Assembly (NCBI RefSeq): GCF_029865925.1 | Contig: NZ_JARXAI010000024.1 | Span: 26,681 to 90,680 of the forward strand | Direction: 5' to 3' | Length of the DNA stretch: 64,000 bases | From: Sphingorhabdus sp. | GTDB lineage: Bacteria; Pseudomonadota; Alphaproteobacteria; Sphingomonadales; Sphingomonadaceae | Shown here: positions 19,061 to 28,422 of the stretch, in pieces | Layout of the letters: each line of letters begins with the position of its first letter | Numbering within the stretch: the stretch's first letter is position 1 | The notes under the pieces: model-generated | What the model saw: the letters and a program-made list of their open reading frames with translations, nothing else | The model's database searches: none | Told to the model about the DNA's origin: nothing | Translations under genes and position numbers: made by a program

Positions 19061-20404
19061 GTGGATAAACGGCTTACATTGTGGATTTTGGCAGGAATGA
19101 TCCTGGGCGTGGCGGTTGGTTACACTGTCCATCAAAATTTCGCACCCGACAGCACGCAATTCGAATATCTTACAAAGACATTCAAACTGCTCTCCGATAT
19201 TTTCCTTAATCTCATAAAGCTGCTCGTTGCGCCGCTGATCCTGTCAACGATCGTCGTCGGTATCGCGCACATGGGCGACAGTTCGGCTTTGGGTCGCATT
19301 GGGTTCCGCGCGATTACTTGGTTTATCATCGCGAGCTTCATCTCCATTGGTCTTGGTTTGTTGATGGTCAATATATTCCAGCCTGGTATCGGCGCGCCTG
19401 TCGATACCATTTCCAATGCCGCGGCTACGATAGGGGAAGTCAAGAAGCTTGATTTCTGGGAATTCATCCTATCGATTTTCCCGAAAAATGCCTTTGAAGC
19501 TATGGCAACGAATAATATTTTGCAGATTCTGGTGTTCGCATTGTTCGCTGGCATCGCCCTTTCTGCCTTAGGTGAGAAAGGCGCACCACTCGTGCGAGGT
19601 GCCGAGGCGCTGGCCGAAATGATGCTGCAAATAACGCATTATGTTATGCGTTATGCACCAGTTGCGGTCTTTGGTGCGCTGGCTGCCGTTGTCTCCAAAA
19701 GCGGCCTTGCGATCCTTGCGACCTATTTAGAGCTTGTGACAGAATTTTATCTGTCGCTTGCCTTGTTGTGGACCATCCTGCTTTCGATTGGCGCGATTTT
19801 CCTTGGACGGCGGATTTGGACACTCATCCGCTATATCCGCGAGCCGATGTTGATCGCTTTTTCAACAGCATCAAGCGAGGCGGCGCTGCCTAAGCTGTTT
19901 GAACAGCTTGACCGTTTCGGTGTTCCGCGCCGGATATCTGGCTTCATGCTGCCGCTTGGCTACAGCTTCAACCTTGATGGTTCGATGATGTATATGAGCT
20001 TTGCAACGATCTTTATCGCGCAAGCCTATGGCATCGATCTACCCATCAGCACGCAGATTCTCATTCTACTTACGCTGATGATTTCATCGAAGGGCGTGGC
20101 CGCTGTACCGCGCGCATCTTTGGTGGTCATCACAGGCACTTTGGCGATGTTTGACCTCCCGGTGGAGGGCGTTGCCCTTATCCTCGCTATCGACCAGTTC
20201 CTTGATATGGGCCGGACCGCGACGAACGTTGTCGGCAACGCAGTGGCAACGTCAGTCATTACAAAGTGGGAAGGCATGCTTGAGGTAGAGGAGCCGGAAT
20301 ATCTGGAAACGCCGCATACGCCATCCCACACCGCTGCTGGTGGCAAGGTGGGGTTAGATCTCGCCAGTAATAAGGTCACTAAAGCGCGAAAGACGAAGCT
20401 TTAA
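19061..20404 (+). CDS. Dicarboxylate/amino acid:cation symporter (DAACS; GltP/DctA family)
   Basis: GTG start; STASSEAALP (HP1), LPLGYSFNLDG, SKGVAAVP and DQFLDMGRTATNVVGN. Confidence 0.93.
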   Translation: MDKRLTLWILAGMILGVAVGYTVHQNFAPDSTQFEYLTKTFKLLSDIFLNLIKLLVAPLILSTIVVGIAHMGDSSALGRIGFRAITWFIIASFISIGLGLLMVNIFQPGIGAPVDTISNAAATIGEVKKLDFWEFILSIFPKNAFEAMATNNILQILVFALFAGIALSALGEKGAPLVRGAEALAEMMLQITHYVMRYAPVAVFGALAAVVSKSGLAILATYLELVTEFYLSLALLWTILLSIGAIFLGRRIWTLIRYIREPMLIAFSTASSEAALPKLFEQLDRFGVPRRISGFMLPLGYSFNLDGSMMYMSFATIFIAQAYGIDLPISTQILILLTLMISSKGVAAVPRASLVVITGTLAMFDLPVEGVALILAIDQFLDMGRTATNVVGNAVATSVITKWEGMLEVEEPEYLETPHTPSHTAAGGKVGLDLASNKVTKARKTKL

Positions 20405-21138
20405 GCGGGGTGCTTGTGCCCAAGCAAGGTGCCCTTCGCGCCTTTACTGTCGAGCGTGAATTCCATGTTGCCATGTTCTTTGCGCCAGCGCAGCGCAACG
20501 ACGCGTTCACCGGGACGTGCGGCATCATCTAGCAGAATCCGACCACCGGGACGGATGCGCGGAAATAGGCTTGATGCCGCACCGCGCACATGCGGATGAA
20601 GCGCCCAAGGCGGCCCATCGACGATAAGTAGGTCGATTTCTGCTGGGACGTCGGACAGCTGATACCAATGACCTGGCCATCCTGCCGGCGGCGCGCCAAG
20701 TGGTGCGTGACGAATTTTGACCGCCATATTGTTGTCGTGGATCCAGCCTTGCGTGGTTTTGGCAAACGCGGCGTGCTGATCATAACTGACAAGCTTACCG
20801 CCGCCAAACAGCTGCAAAGCGCGCGCCGCCACAAAGGTAGACGCGCCACAGCCAAGTTCGACAACCTGTTCCGGACGCATTTCCTCAATTGCCAAGACGA
20901 TGTGCCATAAAAAATGGGTGTCGGCTTTCCAGCTTCCCAAATTAGGCAGCGCATCAAGCGGTAGGTCGAGATACGCAAGAAGCGCCGCTTTATCTTTCTT
21001 GCGCCCGCCATCAAGGCTGCGCAGCAACCAAGGCCATTGAATGGCACCATAAGCCATGACCATGAAACGATCCCCCAATGACAGGTTAAGATCCAAATCA
21101 TTGAGAGGCATGTACGCCGTCGTTTCGCGAGTTGTCAT
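20401..21138 (-). CDS. Class I SAM-dependent methyltransferase (Methyltransf_24-like)
   Basis: VVELGCGAST (motif I), SYDQH, IDLLIVDGPP and GGRILLDDA. Confidence 0.82.
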   Translation of the reverse strand: MTTRETTAYMPLNDLDLNLSLGDRFMVMAYGAIQWPWLLRSLDGGRKKDKAALLAYLDLPLDALPNLGSWKADTHFLWHIVLAIEEMRPEQVVELGCGASTFVAARALQLFGGGKLVSYDQHAAFAKTTQGWIHDNNMAVKIRHAPLGAPPAGWPGHWYQLSDVPAEIDLLIVDGPPWALHPHVRGAASSLFPRIRPGGRILLDDAARPGERVVALRWRKEHGNMEFTLDSKGAKGTLLGHKHPA

Positions 21139-21259
21139 TCTACCCCCAGAGCCGTCCCACACGGAACAGTCAATGACAGACTTGTGGGACTAACTGATTA
21201 TTTAAACCTGCCTATTGCCACACCCGATTATAATGACCTTTTCATGAACCCTCCAAGCC

Positions 21260-21274
21260 TTTGACAATGTCAAA
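21260..21274. promoter_or_regulatory. Perfect palindromic operator overlapping a TTGACA -35 of the MFS gene
   Basis: TTTGACA-A-TGTCAAA; TTGACA (21261-66) lies 16 nt before CATAAC (21283-88). Confidence 0.5.
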
Positions 21275-21310
21275 ATTTATTCCATAACGAAGACAGAGGA
21301 GAAGGCAGTC

Positions 21311-22612
21311 ATGAACGAAAGCCAAAAGGCAACTCCTGCAAAGCATCAGGTTACAAATCCTAAATTGCTGCTGTGGGTATTGATGATCGTTTATGTACTG
21401 AACTTCCTCGATCGGCAGATCGTGAACATACTCGCTGAACCCATCAGTCGCGATCTTGGCCTTTCGGACACCCAAATCGGTCTGCTGACTGGCCTTGCTT
21501 TCGCGCTTTTTTACACGCTTCTGGGCATTCCGATTGCGCGCTATGCCGATAATAGCGGAACCAACCGCGTAGGCCTTATATCAATATCTCTGGCGGTTTG
21601 GTCGGCTATGACCGCGTTGTGCGGATTAGCGCAAAACTTTGCACAGCTTGCGCTCGCCAGAGTGGGCGTTGGTGTTGGAGAGGCGGGATGCACGCCCGCG
21701 GCCCATTCGCTCATCACCGACAGCGCGCCTGCCGAAAAAAGATCGTCCGCCATCGCCTTTTATGGACTGGGCATACCCATTGGCAGCTTATTGGGCCTCG
21801 TCATCGGCGGCGTATTGAACGATGCCTATGGCTGGCGCGTGGCATTCATGGCGGTTGCCATTCCAGGTTTGATATTGGCCGCATTGTTGCCTTTCCTATT
21901 GCGCGAACCCCGCAAGGCTGAGGCAGCAGCGCGCGCTTTGTCAGGCGAAAAAGCACGTGAAGTTCTCTCAACCAAAGAGGCGTTGCGGGAAGTTTTCAGC
22001 TCACGCGCCTTTATCATGTTGGCCGTCGCTGCATCATTCACGGCGTTTTTGTCCTACGGAAAAAGCGTTTGGGCGGTCATTTTGTTCATCCGTTCCCATG
22101 GCCTAAGCCCCGGCGAAACAGGGCTGCTGCTTGGGCTTGTTTTGGGTGTCGCTGGCATGATTGGTACATGGCTTGGCGGCATGATGGCCGACAAATTTGG
22201 CAAGATGGACAAGCGCCATGTGCTGACTACCCCCGCTATAGGTATGTTCATCGCCGCGCCGATCCTGTTCCTTGGCTATTTTGCAACCGACTGGCGCGTG
22301 GCGATTATGTTGTTGGTCGTGCCAACGGCTCTAAATGCCGCCTATTACGGCCCGACCTACGCCTGTGTTCAGGGGTTGGTAAAACCAGAGGCCCGCGCGA
22401 TCGCCGCAGCCGTAATGCTGTTCGCCCAAAACCTAATTGGCCTTGGCCTAGGACCATTGTTGTTTGGCATCATGTCGGACGCCTTCAAGCCATATGCTGG
22501 CGATGAAAGCGTCCGATGGGTCCTGTATGGCGCAGCATGGCTTGGACTCATTCCCGCCTTTTTCTTCTGGCGGGCAAGCTTGCGGCTTAAGGCTGAATTG
22601 AAAAGCGGTTAG
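21311..22612 (+). CDS. MFS transporter, spinster family
   Basis: [45 protein letters not shown] and GGMMADKF; about 12 TM helices. Confidence 0.92.
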   Translation: MNESQKATPAKHQVTNPKLLLWVLMIVYVLNFLDRQIVNILAEPISRDLGLSDTQIGLLTGLAFALFYTLLGIPIARYADNSGTNRVGLISISLAVWSAMTALCGLAQNFAQLALARVGVGVGEAGCTPAAHSLITDSAPAEKRSSAIAFYGLGIPIGSLLGLVIGGVLNDAYGWRVAFMAVAIPGLILAALLPFLLREPRKAEAAARALSGEKAREVLSTKEALREVFSSRAFIMLAVAASFTAFLSYGKSVWAVILFIRSHGLSPGETGLLLGLVLGVAGMIGTWLGGMMADKFGKMDKRHVLTTPAIGMFIAAPILFLGYFATDWRVAIMLLVVPTALNAAYYGPTYACVQGLVKPEARAIAAAVMLFAQNLIGLGLGPLLFGIMSDAFKPYAGDESVRWVLYGAAWLGLIPAFFFWRASLRLKAELKSG

Positions 22613-23898
22613 TCAGCGAAAGGATCGCGCACCAAGATGGTATCTTCGCGTTGCGGCGAGGTTGATACCAACGCCACAGGTGTCTCGATCAATTCCTGCA
22701 CACGCGAGATATATTTAATCGCTTGAGCAGGCAGGTCAGCCCAACTACGCGCGCCGGCCGTGGTCTCCTGCCAGCCGGGCATCTCTTCGTAAATGGGCTC
22801 CACGGCGGCTTGATCTGCGGCATGCGCTGGCAGATAGTCATAGACCTTGCCGTTCAGCCGGTAGCCGGTACAAATCTTGATCGTGTCAAAACCATCAAGC
22901 ACGTCCAGCTTGGTCAGCGCAATACCGGTCACACCGGACACAGCGCAGCTTTGGCGCACGATAACCGCATCAAACCAACCACAGCGGCGCTTCCGGCCCG
23001 TAACGGTGCCAAATTCATGACCGCGTTCACCAAGCCGCTGGCCGGTTTCGTCCTCAAGCTCGGTCGGGAATGGCCCTGACCCGACGCGCGTGGTGTAAGC
23101 CTTAACGATACCCAACACAAAGCCCGCCGCGCTTGGCCCAAGGCCGGAGCCGGAGGCAGCCGTGCCGGAAACAGTATTGGACGAAGTGACGAACGGATAC
23201 GTTCCATGGTCAACGTCGAGCAAGACGCCCTGGGCGCCTTCGAACAATATCCGTGCCCCTGCTTTGCGCACTTTGTTCAACCGCCGCCATACGGGCTCGG
23301 CATATTCAAGAACAAAGGGAGCGATTTCTTTCAAATCGGCAATCAGGCGGGCACGGTCCACAGGCGGTTCACCAAATCCGGCACGCAACGCATCATGGTG
23401 CGCGCAAAGCCGGTCAAGCTGGGCATCCAAGGCATCAAGATGTGCAAGGTCGCACACACGAATCGCGCGGCGGCCCACCTTGTCTTCATAGGCAGGGCCA
23501 ATACCGCGACCTGTGGTGCCGATCTTGCCCGAACCAGCCGCAGTTTCACGCAACCCGTCAAGGTCACGGTGGATCGGCAAGATCAACGCGCAGTTGTCCG
23601 CCAATGCGAAATTTTCGGCCGTAATGGAAACGCCCTGCCCGCGCAGCTTCGCCATTTCATCACGCAACGCCCATGGATCGAGAACCACCCCGTTGCCGAT
23701 AATCGACAGCGTGCCGGTGACAATGCCTGACGGCAGCAACGATAATTTATAAACATTTTCGCCAACGACCAAAGTGTGGCCGGCATTATGCCCGCCTTGA
23801 AAGCGGACAACGGCGTCAGCACGTTCTGCCAGCCAGTCTACGATCTTGCCTTTACCCTCGTCGCCCCACTGAGCGCCAATTACGGTTACATTCGCCAT
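22609..23898 (-). CDS. purA: Adenylosuccinate synthetase
   Basis: [52 protein letters not shown] and TKLDVLD. Confidence 0.98.
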   Translation of the reverse strand: MANVTVIGAQWGDEGKGKIVDWLAERADAVVRFQGGHNAGHTLVVGENVYKLSLLPSGIVTGTLSIIGNGVVLDPWALRDEMAKLRGQGVSITAENFALADNCALILPIHRDLDGLRETAAGSGKIGTTGRGIGPAYEDKVGRRAIRVCDLAHLDALDAQLDRLCAHHDALRAGFGEPPVDRARLIADLKEIAPFVLEYAEPVWRRLNKVRKAGARILFEGAQGVLLDVDHGTYPFVTSSNTVSGTAASGSGLGPSAAGFVLGIVKAYTTRVGSGPFPTELEDETGQRLGERGHEFGTVTGRKRRCGWFDAVIVRQSCAVSGVTGIALTKLDVLDGFDTIKICTGYRLNGKVYDYLPAHAADQAAVEPIYEEMPGWQETTAGARSWADLPAQAIKYISRVQELIETPVALVSTSPQREDTILVRDPFAD

Positions 23899-24036
23899 CA
23901 GATATTCCCTGTCAAAGCCAGATAGCTCTGGGGCCTTTTTCTGCGCAGGAGGTTTTTCCTGCGAAGGGATTCGCCGTAGGATCCGTTATGATTATGTGGC
24001 GCTTGCGTCCACCCCAAAGCTGCGTTGGAAGAAATT

Positions 24037-25149
24037 TCAGACGGGGATGGCTTGACCATTGGTCCATTTGTGGGTGCAGCCCAACAAAACGGCGTCGTCA
24101 TTTTCATCCAATGCGGCGACAGTTATCCAACCGTCGCTGCGTAGCTTTGCACCCGTGGAAGCATCTGTGCCCAAGGCCAAGAAAATCCGCTGGACAACGC
24201 CTTCGTCTGCCAGATCAATCAATGGGTCGGGATAGAGAGAGAAACCCGTTGCCGGTTCCGATGTTCCATCGGCACGATCAATATAATAAGTGCCGCCGCG
24301 ACCAAGCGCCGCGCTATATCCCTTGGCGAAAATCGTAAATCCAAACCAGCTTTGATATTCAAAGCCATGCCGTTCAGTGGGATCCAACGTCACATTCGCG
24401 CGGCCAGCCACCGTGCTTGCAATGGCTTCCAACGCATGGATACGCGATGCCAATGCGCCGCCTGCGTCAATCGCGCGGAGTTTCTCCACCGCTTCTGCAA
24501 ATGGACCAGTAGCGGCGAGCAATGGCAGATAGGCCTCCGCGCCAAGCACGCTCAGCCCGCCTGCATCCTTCATATCCAACTCCGACCGGACAGCGTCGAG
24601 TTTGTCAGCGGGCAAGGGCAGCGCCTTTTCCGCAAGCCGTTCCACCAAGTCGGGCAAGGTAAAATCAATGGTGATGTCTTTCACACCCGCCGCTTCAAGC
24701 GCATCAATGGCCACACCTACAATTTCGCAAGCCGCAGCAACGCTATCATTGCCAACCAATTCCGCGCCCAATTGCGTGAGTTCACGTTCGGGACGCGGCT
24801 GCTTGGCCCGTAGGCGCAGAACCTGCCCATGATAGGCCAAGCGCAGCGGTCGAGGTGCATCCTTCATCCGCGTCGTGGCGATACGTCCGACTTGAACGGT
24901 AATGTCCCCACGCAGCGCCAGCGTGTGGCCCGACACTGGGTCGGTAAACCGCAGATGCTGATTACGGGCGGCGTCACCACTATGTTTGGAGAGCACCGAT
25001 TCAAATTCCGCCATTGCCGGGGCAACACGGGCGTAGCCATTGCTCACCAACACATCGATCATCGCACGGGACACCCGCGCCGCAACCTCCGCTTGGGGAG
25101 GAAGTCGGTCGCGGAAGCCTTCGGGCAATAGGTTAGACGGAATATTCAT
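24037..25149 (-). CDS. hisZ: ATP phosphoribosyltransferase regulatory subunit
   Basis: LLPEGFRDRLP, LALRGDITVQVGRIA, RELTQLGAEL, GFEYQSWFGF and GRGGTY; typical position upstream of purA. Confidence 0.92.
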   Translation of the reverse strand: MNIPSNLLPEGFRDRLPPQAEVAARVSRAMIDVLVSNGYARVAPAMAEFESVLSKHSGDAARNQHLRFTDPVSGHTLALRGDITVQVGRIATTRMKDAPRPLRLAYHGQVLRLRAKQPRPERELTQLGAELVGNDSVAAACEIVGVAIDALEAAGVKDITIDFTLPDLVERLAEKALPLPADKLDAVRSELDMKDAGGLSVLGAEAYLPLLAATGPFAEAVEKLRAIDAGGALASRIHALEAIASTVAGRANVTLDPTERHGFEYQSWFGFTIFAKGYSAALGRGGTYYIDRADGTSEPATGFSLYPDPLIDLADEGVVQRIFLALGTDASTGAKLRSDGWITVAALDENDDAVLLGCTHKWTNGQAIPV

Positions 25150-25190
25150 GTGCGTTCTTTACGCGAAAACTTCTCGCGGGGAAGCCCCGC

Positions 25191-26774
25191 TTAAAACTTA
25201 AGCGCCTTTACGGTTTTTACACCGGGAAGCGACCCAAGCTGCTTCAGGAGAGCTTCGGGGATCGCCGCGTCCATCGTGAGCAACAGAACTGCTTCGCCAC
25301 CAGCGCTGCGACGGCCAAGATGGAAAGTGCCGATGTTCAATCCAGCCTCACCCAAGGTCGTTCCAACACGGCCGATAAAACCGGGCGCATCTTCGTTGAC
25401 GATATACAGCATGTTGCCTTCAAGCTCCGCTTCAAGGCTGATGCCGAAAATCTCGACAAGCCTTGCTTCGCTATTGGCAAACAAAGTGCCCGCGACGGAG
25501 CGTGGGCCTTGGGCGGTGTTGACGGTGACACGCACCAATGTGTGATAAGCGCCAGTCTTGTCATGGCGCACTTCGCGAATGTCAAAGCCACGCTCTTTTG
25601 CCAAAAATGGCGCGTTGACCATGTTCACAGCGTCCGAAAAACGACGCATAAAGCCGGATAACACGGCCGCCGTTATCGGTTTTATGTTGAGCTCTGCAGC
25701 AGCGCCCTCGACCTCAATCGCGATGTTATCGAGATTGTCATGCGCCAATTGGCCGACCAACGAACCAAGCTTTTGCGCTAGTGTCATATAAGGGCGAAGC
25801 TTCGGCGCTTCTTCGGCTGACAGGCTTGGCATGTTCAACGCATTGGTAACGCCGCCATTGACCAGATAATCCGCCATTTGTTCAGCCACCTGAAGCGCGA
25901 CATTGACCTGTGCTTCATTTGTCGACGCACCAAGATGCGGCGTGCAGATGAAGTTAGGGGTACCAAATAAAGGTGATTCCTTGGCTGGTTCTATCGCAAA
26001 AACGTCCAATGCTGCCCCGCCAACTTGGCCGCTGTCCAACGCCTCTTTTAGCGCAACTTCGTCAACCAAGCCGCCACGCGCGCAGTTAATGATGCGCACG
26101 CCCTTTTTGGTTTTCGCAAGATTTTCTTTCGACAATATGTTGCGGGTTTGGTCGGTCAGCGGCGTGTGCAGGGTGATGAAGTCCGCCTTGGCAAGCAAGG
26201 TATCAAGGTCAGCTTTCTCAATGCCCATTTCAATCGCGCGATCAGCGGTCAGGAAAGGATCAAAGGCAACAACCTTCATCCGCAAACCAAGCGCGCGACT
26301 GGCGACGATGGAACCAATGTTTCCAGCGCCAATCAGGCCAAGCGTCTTGCCCGTGACCTCAATGCCCATGAAACCGTTTTTCGGCCAGAGCCCTGCTTGG
26401 GTCTGCGTATTGGCCTCAGGCAACTGACGCGCGAGAGCAAACATCAAGGCGATGGCATGTTCTGCCGTGGTAATCGAGTTACCGAAAGGCGTGTTCATAA
26501 CGACAACACCCTTGGCCGACGCATTGGGGATGTCGACATTGTCGACGCCTATGCCCGCACGTCCAATCACCTTGAGGTTCGTTGCGGCGTCCAAGATCTG
26601 CTTTGTAACCTTGGTCGACGAACGGATGGCGATGCCGTCATAGTCACCAATGATTGCCGCAAGTTCGTCCGGTGTCTTGTCGGTGATAACGTCAACGTCA
26701 CATCCGCGTTCAGCAAAAATCTTCGCGGCGTTCGGGTCCATTTGGTCGGAGATAAGTACGCGTGGCTTAGTCAT
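25191..26774 (-). CDS. serA: D-3-phosphoglycerate dehydrogenase
   Basis: GRAGIGVDNVD, NTPFGNSITTAEH, GAGNIG, INCARGG and TPHLGAST; C-terminal ASB and ACT domains. Confidence 0.98.
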   Translation of the reverse strand: MTKPRVLISDQMDPNAAKIFAERGCDVDVITDKTPDELAAIIGDYDGIAIRSSTKVTKQILDAATNLKVIGRAGIGVDNVDIPNASAKGVVVMNTPFGNSITTAEHAIALMFALARQLPEANTQTQAGLWPKNGFMGIEVTGKTLGLIGAGNIGSIVASRALGLRMKVVAFDPFLTADRAIEMGIEKADLDTLLAKADFITLHTPLTDQTRNILSKENLAKTKKGVRIINCARGGLVDEVALKEALDSGQVGGAALDVFAIEPAKESPLFGTPNFICTPHLGASTNEAQVNVALQVAEQMADYLVNGGVTNALNMPSLSAEEAPKLRPYMTLAQKLGSLVGQLAHDNLDNIAIEVEGAAAELNIKPITAAVLSGFMRRFSDAVNMVNAPFLAKERGFDIREVRHDKTGAYHTLVRVTVNTAQGPRSVAGTLFANSEARLVEIFGISLEAELEGNMLYIVNEDAPGFIGRVGTTLGEAGLNIGTFHLGRRSAGGEAVLLLTMDAAIPEALLKQLGSLPGVKTVKALKF

Positions 26775-26801
26775 ATTAAATTCCGTTTCAAAAATCGTTA
26801 G

Positions 26802-26864
26802 GCTGAACTGGTTTCAGCATCTTAATTGCAAAGGGGAATGAAAGGTCCTGAAACAGGTTCAGGA
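26802..26864. repeat. Inverted pair of REP-like palindromes between serC and serA
   Basis: GCTGAACTGGTTTCAGC (26802-18) and TCCTGAAACAGGTTCAGGA (26846-64). Each is a hairpin, and the two are approximately reverse-complementary to each other. Confidence 0.6.
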
Positions 26865-26877
26865 CGAGCTTTCAGGA

Positions 26878-28002
26878 TTAAGCTTTGGCCTGGGCGTATG
26901 CCCAATCGAGCCATGGCCCGAGCGCCTGGATATCGGCAGTATCCAAGGTTGCGCCACACCAGATGCGCAGGCCCGGCGGGGCATCGCGATATCCGGCGAT
27001 GTCATAGGCCGCATGCTCTGCCTCAAGCAAAGAGGCCATTTTCTTAATCATCGCTTCATCCGCGCCCTTAACGGTTAAGCAAACCGATGTTTTCGAACGG
27101 ATAGCGGGGTCAGCGGCGAGGAAGCCAAGATAGTCGCTTGCCGCAACAATATCGCCGAGCGCCGCGGCGTTGGCATTGCTGCGCGCCATTAGGCCGTGCA
27201 AACCGCCGACCGTCTTTGCCCACTCAAGCGCGAAGATCACGTCTTCAACCGCGAGCATCGAGGGTGTGTTGATTGTCTCACCCTTGAAAATACCTTCGGC
27301 AAGCGCACCCTTTGACATCAGGCGGAATACTTTGGGAAGCGGCCATGCTGGCGTATAGGTCTCCAGCCGCTCGACGGCACGCGGCCCGAGAATGAGCACG
27401 CCATGCGCGCCTTCGCCGCCCAAAACCTTCTGCCAACTGAATGTTGTCACATCGAGCTTGTCCCAAGGCATGTCATAGGCAAAAACGGCTGAGGTCGCGT
27501 CGTTAAACGTGAGCCCTTCACGGTCATCAGCTATCCAGTCGCCATTGGGCACCCGCGCACCGGAGGTGGTGCCGTTCCACGTGAAGACCACATCATTTGT
27601 GAAGTCGACCGCGCCAAGATCAGGAATTTCGCCATAGGGCGCGTTCATGACATTGGCGTTTAGCTTCAGCTGCTTGTTCACATCCGTGACCCAGCCCTCG
27701 CCAAAGCTTTCCCATGCCATCATCGTGACGGGGCGGGCACCGAGCATGGTCCACATGGCCATTTCAATCGCGCCGGTGTCTGACCCGGGGACGATGCCAA
27801 TACGATGCGTGTCGGGCACCTGAAGCACTTCGCGCATCAAGTCGATGGCGAGCTGTAGACGCGACTTGCCAATTTTCGCACGATGAGAACGGCCAAGCGA
27901 TTCGATTTGAAGTTTTTCGGGGCTCCAGCCTGGCGGCTTCGCGCAGGGACCGGAGGAAAAGAACGGACGCGCCGGTTTAACGGCGGGGGGTACTATAGTC
28001 AT
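26878..28002 (-). CDS. serC: Phosphoserine aminotransferase
   Basis: FSSGPCAK, GRSHR, WNGTTSG, DATSAVF, FSWQKVLG (PLP Lys) and YRDAPPGLRIWCG. Start moved to MTIVPP after AGGAG. Confidence 0.97.
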   Translation of the reverse strand: MTIVPPAVKPARPFFSSGPCAKPPGWSPEKLQIESLGRSHRAKIGKSRLQLAIDLMREVLQVPDTHRIGIVPGSDTGAIEMAMWTMLGARPVTMMAWESFGEGWVTDVNKQLKLNANVMNAPYGEIPDLGAVDFTNDVVFTWNGTTSGARVPNGDWIADDREGLTFNDATSAVFAYDMPWDKLDVTTFSWQKVLGGEGAHGVLILGPRAVERLETYTPAWPLPKVFRLMSKGALAEGIFKGETINTPSMLAVEDVIFALEWAKTVGGLHGLMARSNANAAALGDIVAASDYLGFLAADPAIRSKTSVCLTVKGADEAMIKKMASLLEAEHAAYDIAGYRDAPPGLRIWCGATLDTADIQALGPWLDWAYAQAKA

Positions 28003-28007
28003 GTAAG

Positions 28008-28068
28008 CGTCTCCTTGCAGAGAGCAGCGCGGCGTTGGGACCGCGTGGCCCGACGACGCCTTTAGGCG
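28008..28068 (-). promoter_or_regulatory. Putative serC leader RNA element
   Basis: Hairpin CGCGG-TCCCAACG-CCGCG immediately 5' of the RBS. A conserved serC leader is known in alphaproteobacteria; family membership was not verified. Confidence 0.45.
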
Positions 28069-28105
28069 CGGCCCCGGCTTTGTCAACGACTATCGTAAAC
28101 TCTTG

Positions 28106-28420
28106 TCAGTAACCCTTCTTGCGAAACAAAACCTCGCCGCGACGAGCAACATATAATTTCTCGAGGGTTACCGGATGGAAATAGGCCTCAACGCGATCGC
28201 CTTCGGGGGTGGTTCCATAAACTTCATAGCAGCCGCCATCGACCTTCGATTTGCGGACCGTCCAACCTTCCTTGGTAAGTTTTTCGGTAAGTGCCTTCTC
28301 GCTTTTCCAGCCGGAAACGGGGCCTGCCTTGCAGGTAATAACGCCGGTAGCGGATGCCGGTACAGAGGCACAAGCGATTGTGGCCAAAGCGGCGAGCGAG
28401 AGAGATGTCAATAAACGCAT
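28106..28420 (-). CDS. Exported PepSY_2-domain protein
   Basis: Signal peptide; L..KL..EGW.VRK.KVDGGCYEVYG...G.RVEAYFHPVT. Confidence 0.85.
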   Translation of the reverse strand: MRLLTSLSLAALATIACASVPASATGVITCKAGPVSGWKSEKALTEKLTKEGWTVRKSKVDGGCYEVYGTTPEGDRVEAYFHPVTLEKLYVARRGEVLFRKKGY

Positions 28421-28422
28421 AT

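Noticed and set aside
23899-24036. Hairpins in the hisZ-purA spacer (CGCAGGA/TCCTGCG; CCAGA/TCTGG) as a purine riboswitch or terminator
   Set aside because: No purine/ZTP riboswitch consensus, and no U-tract on the coding strand.
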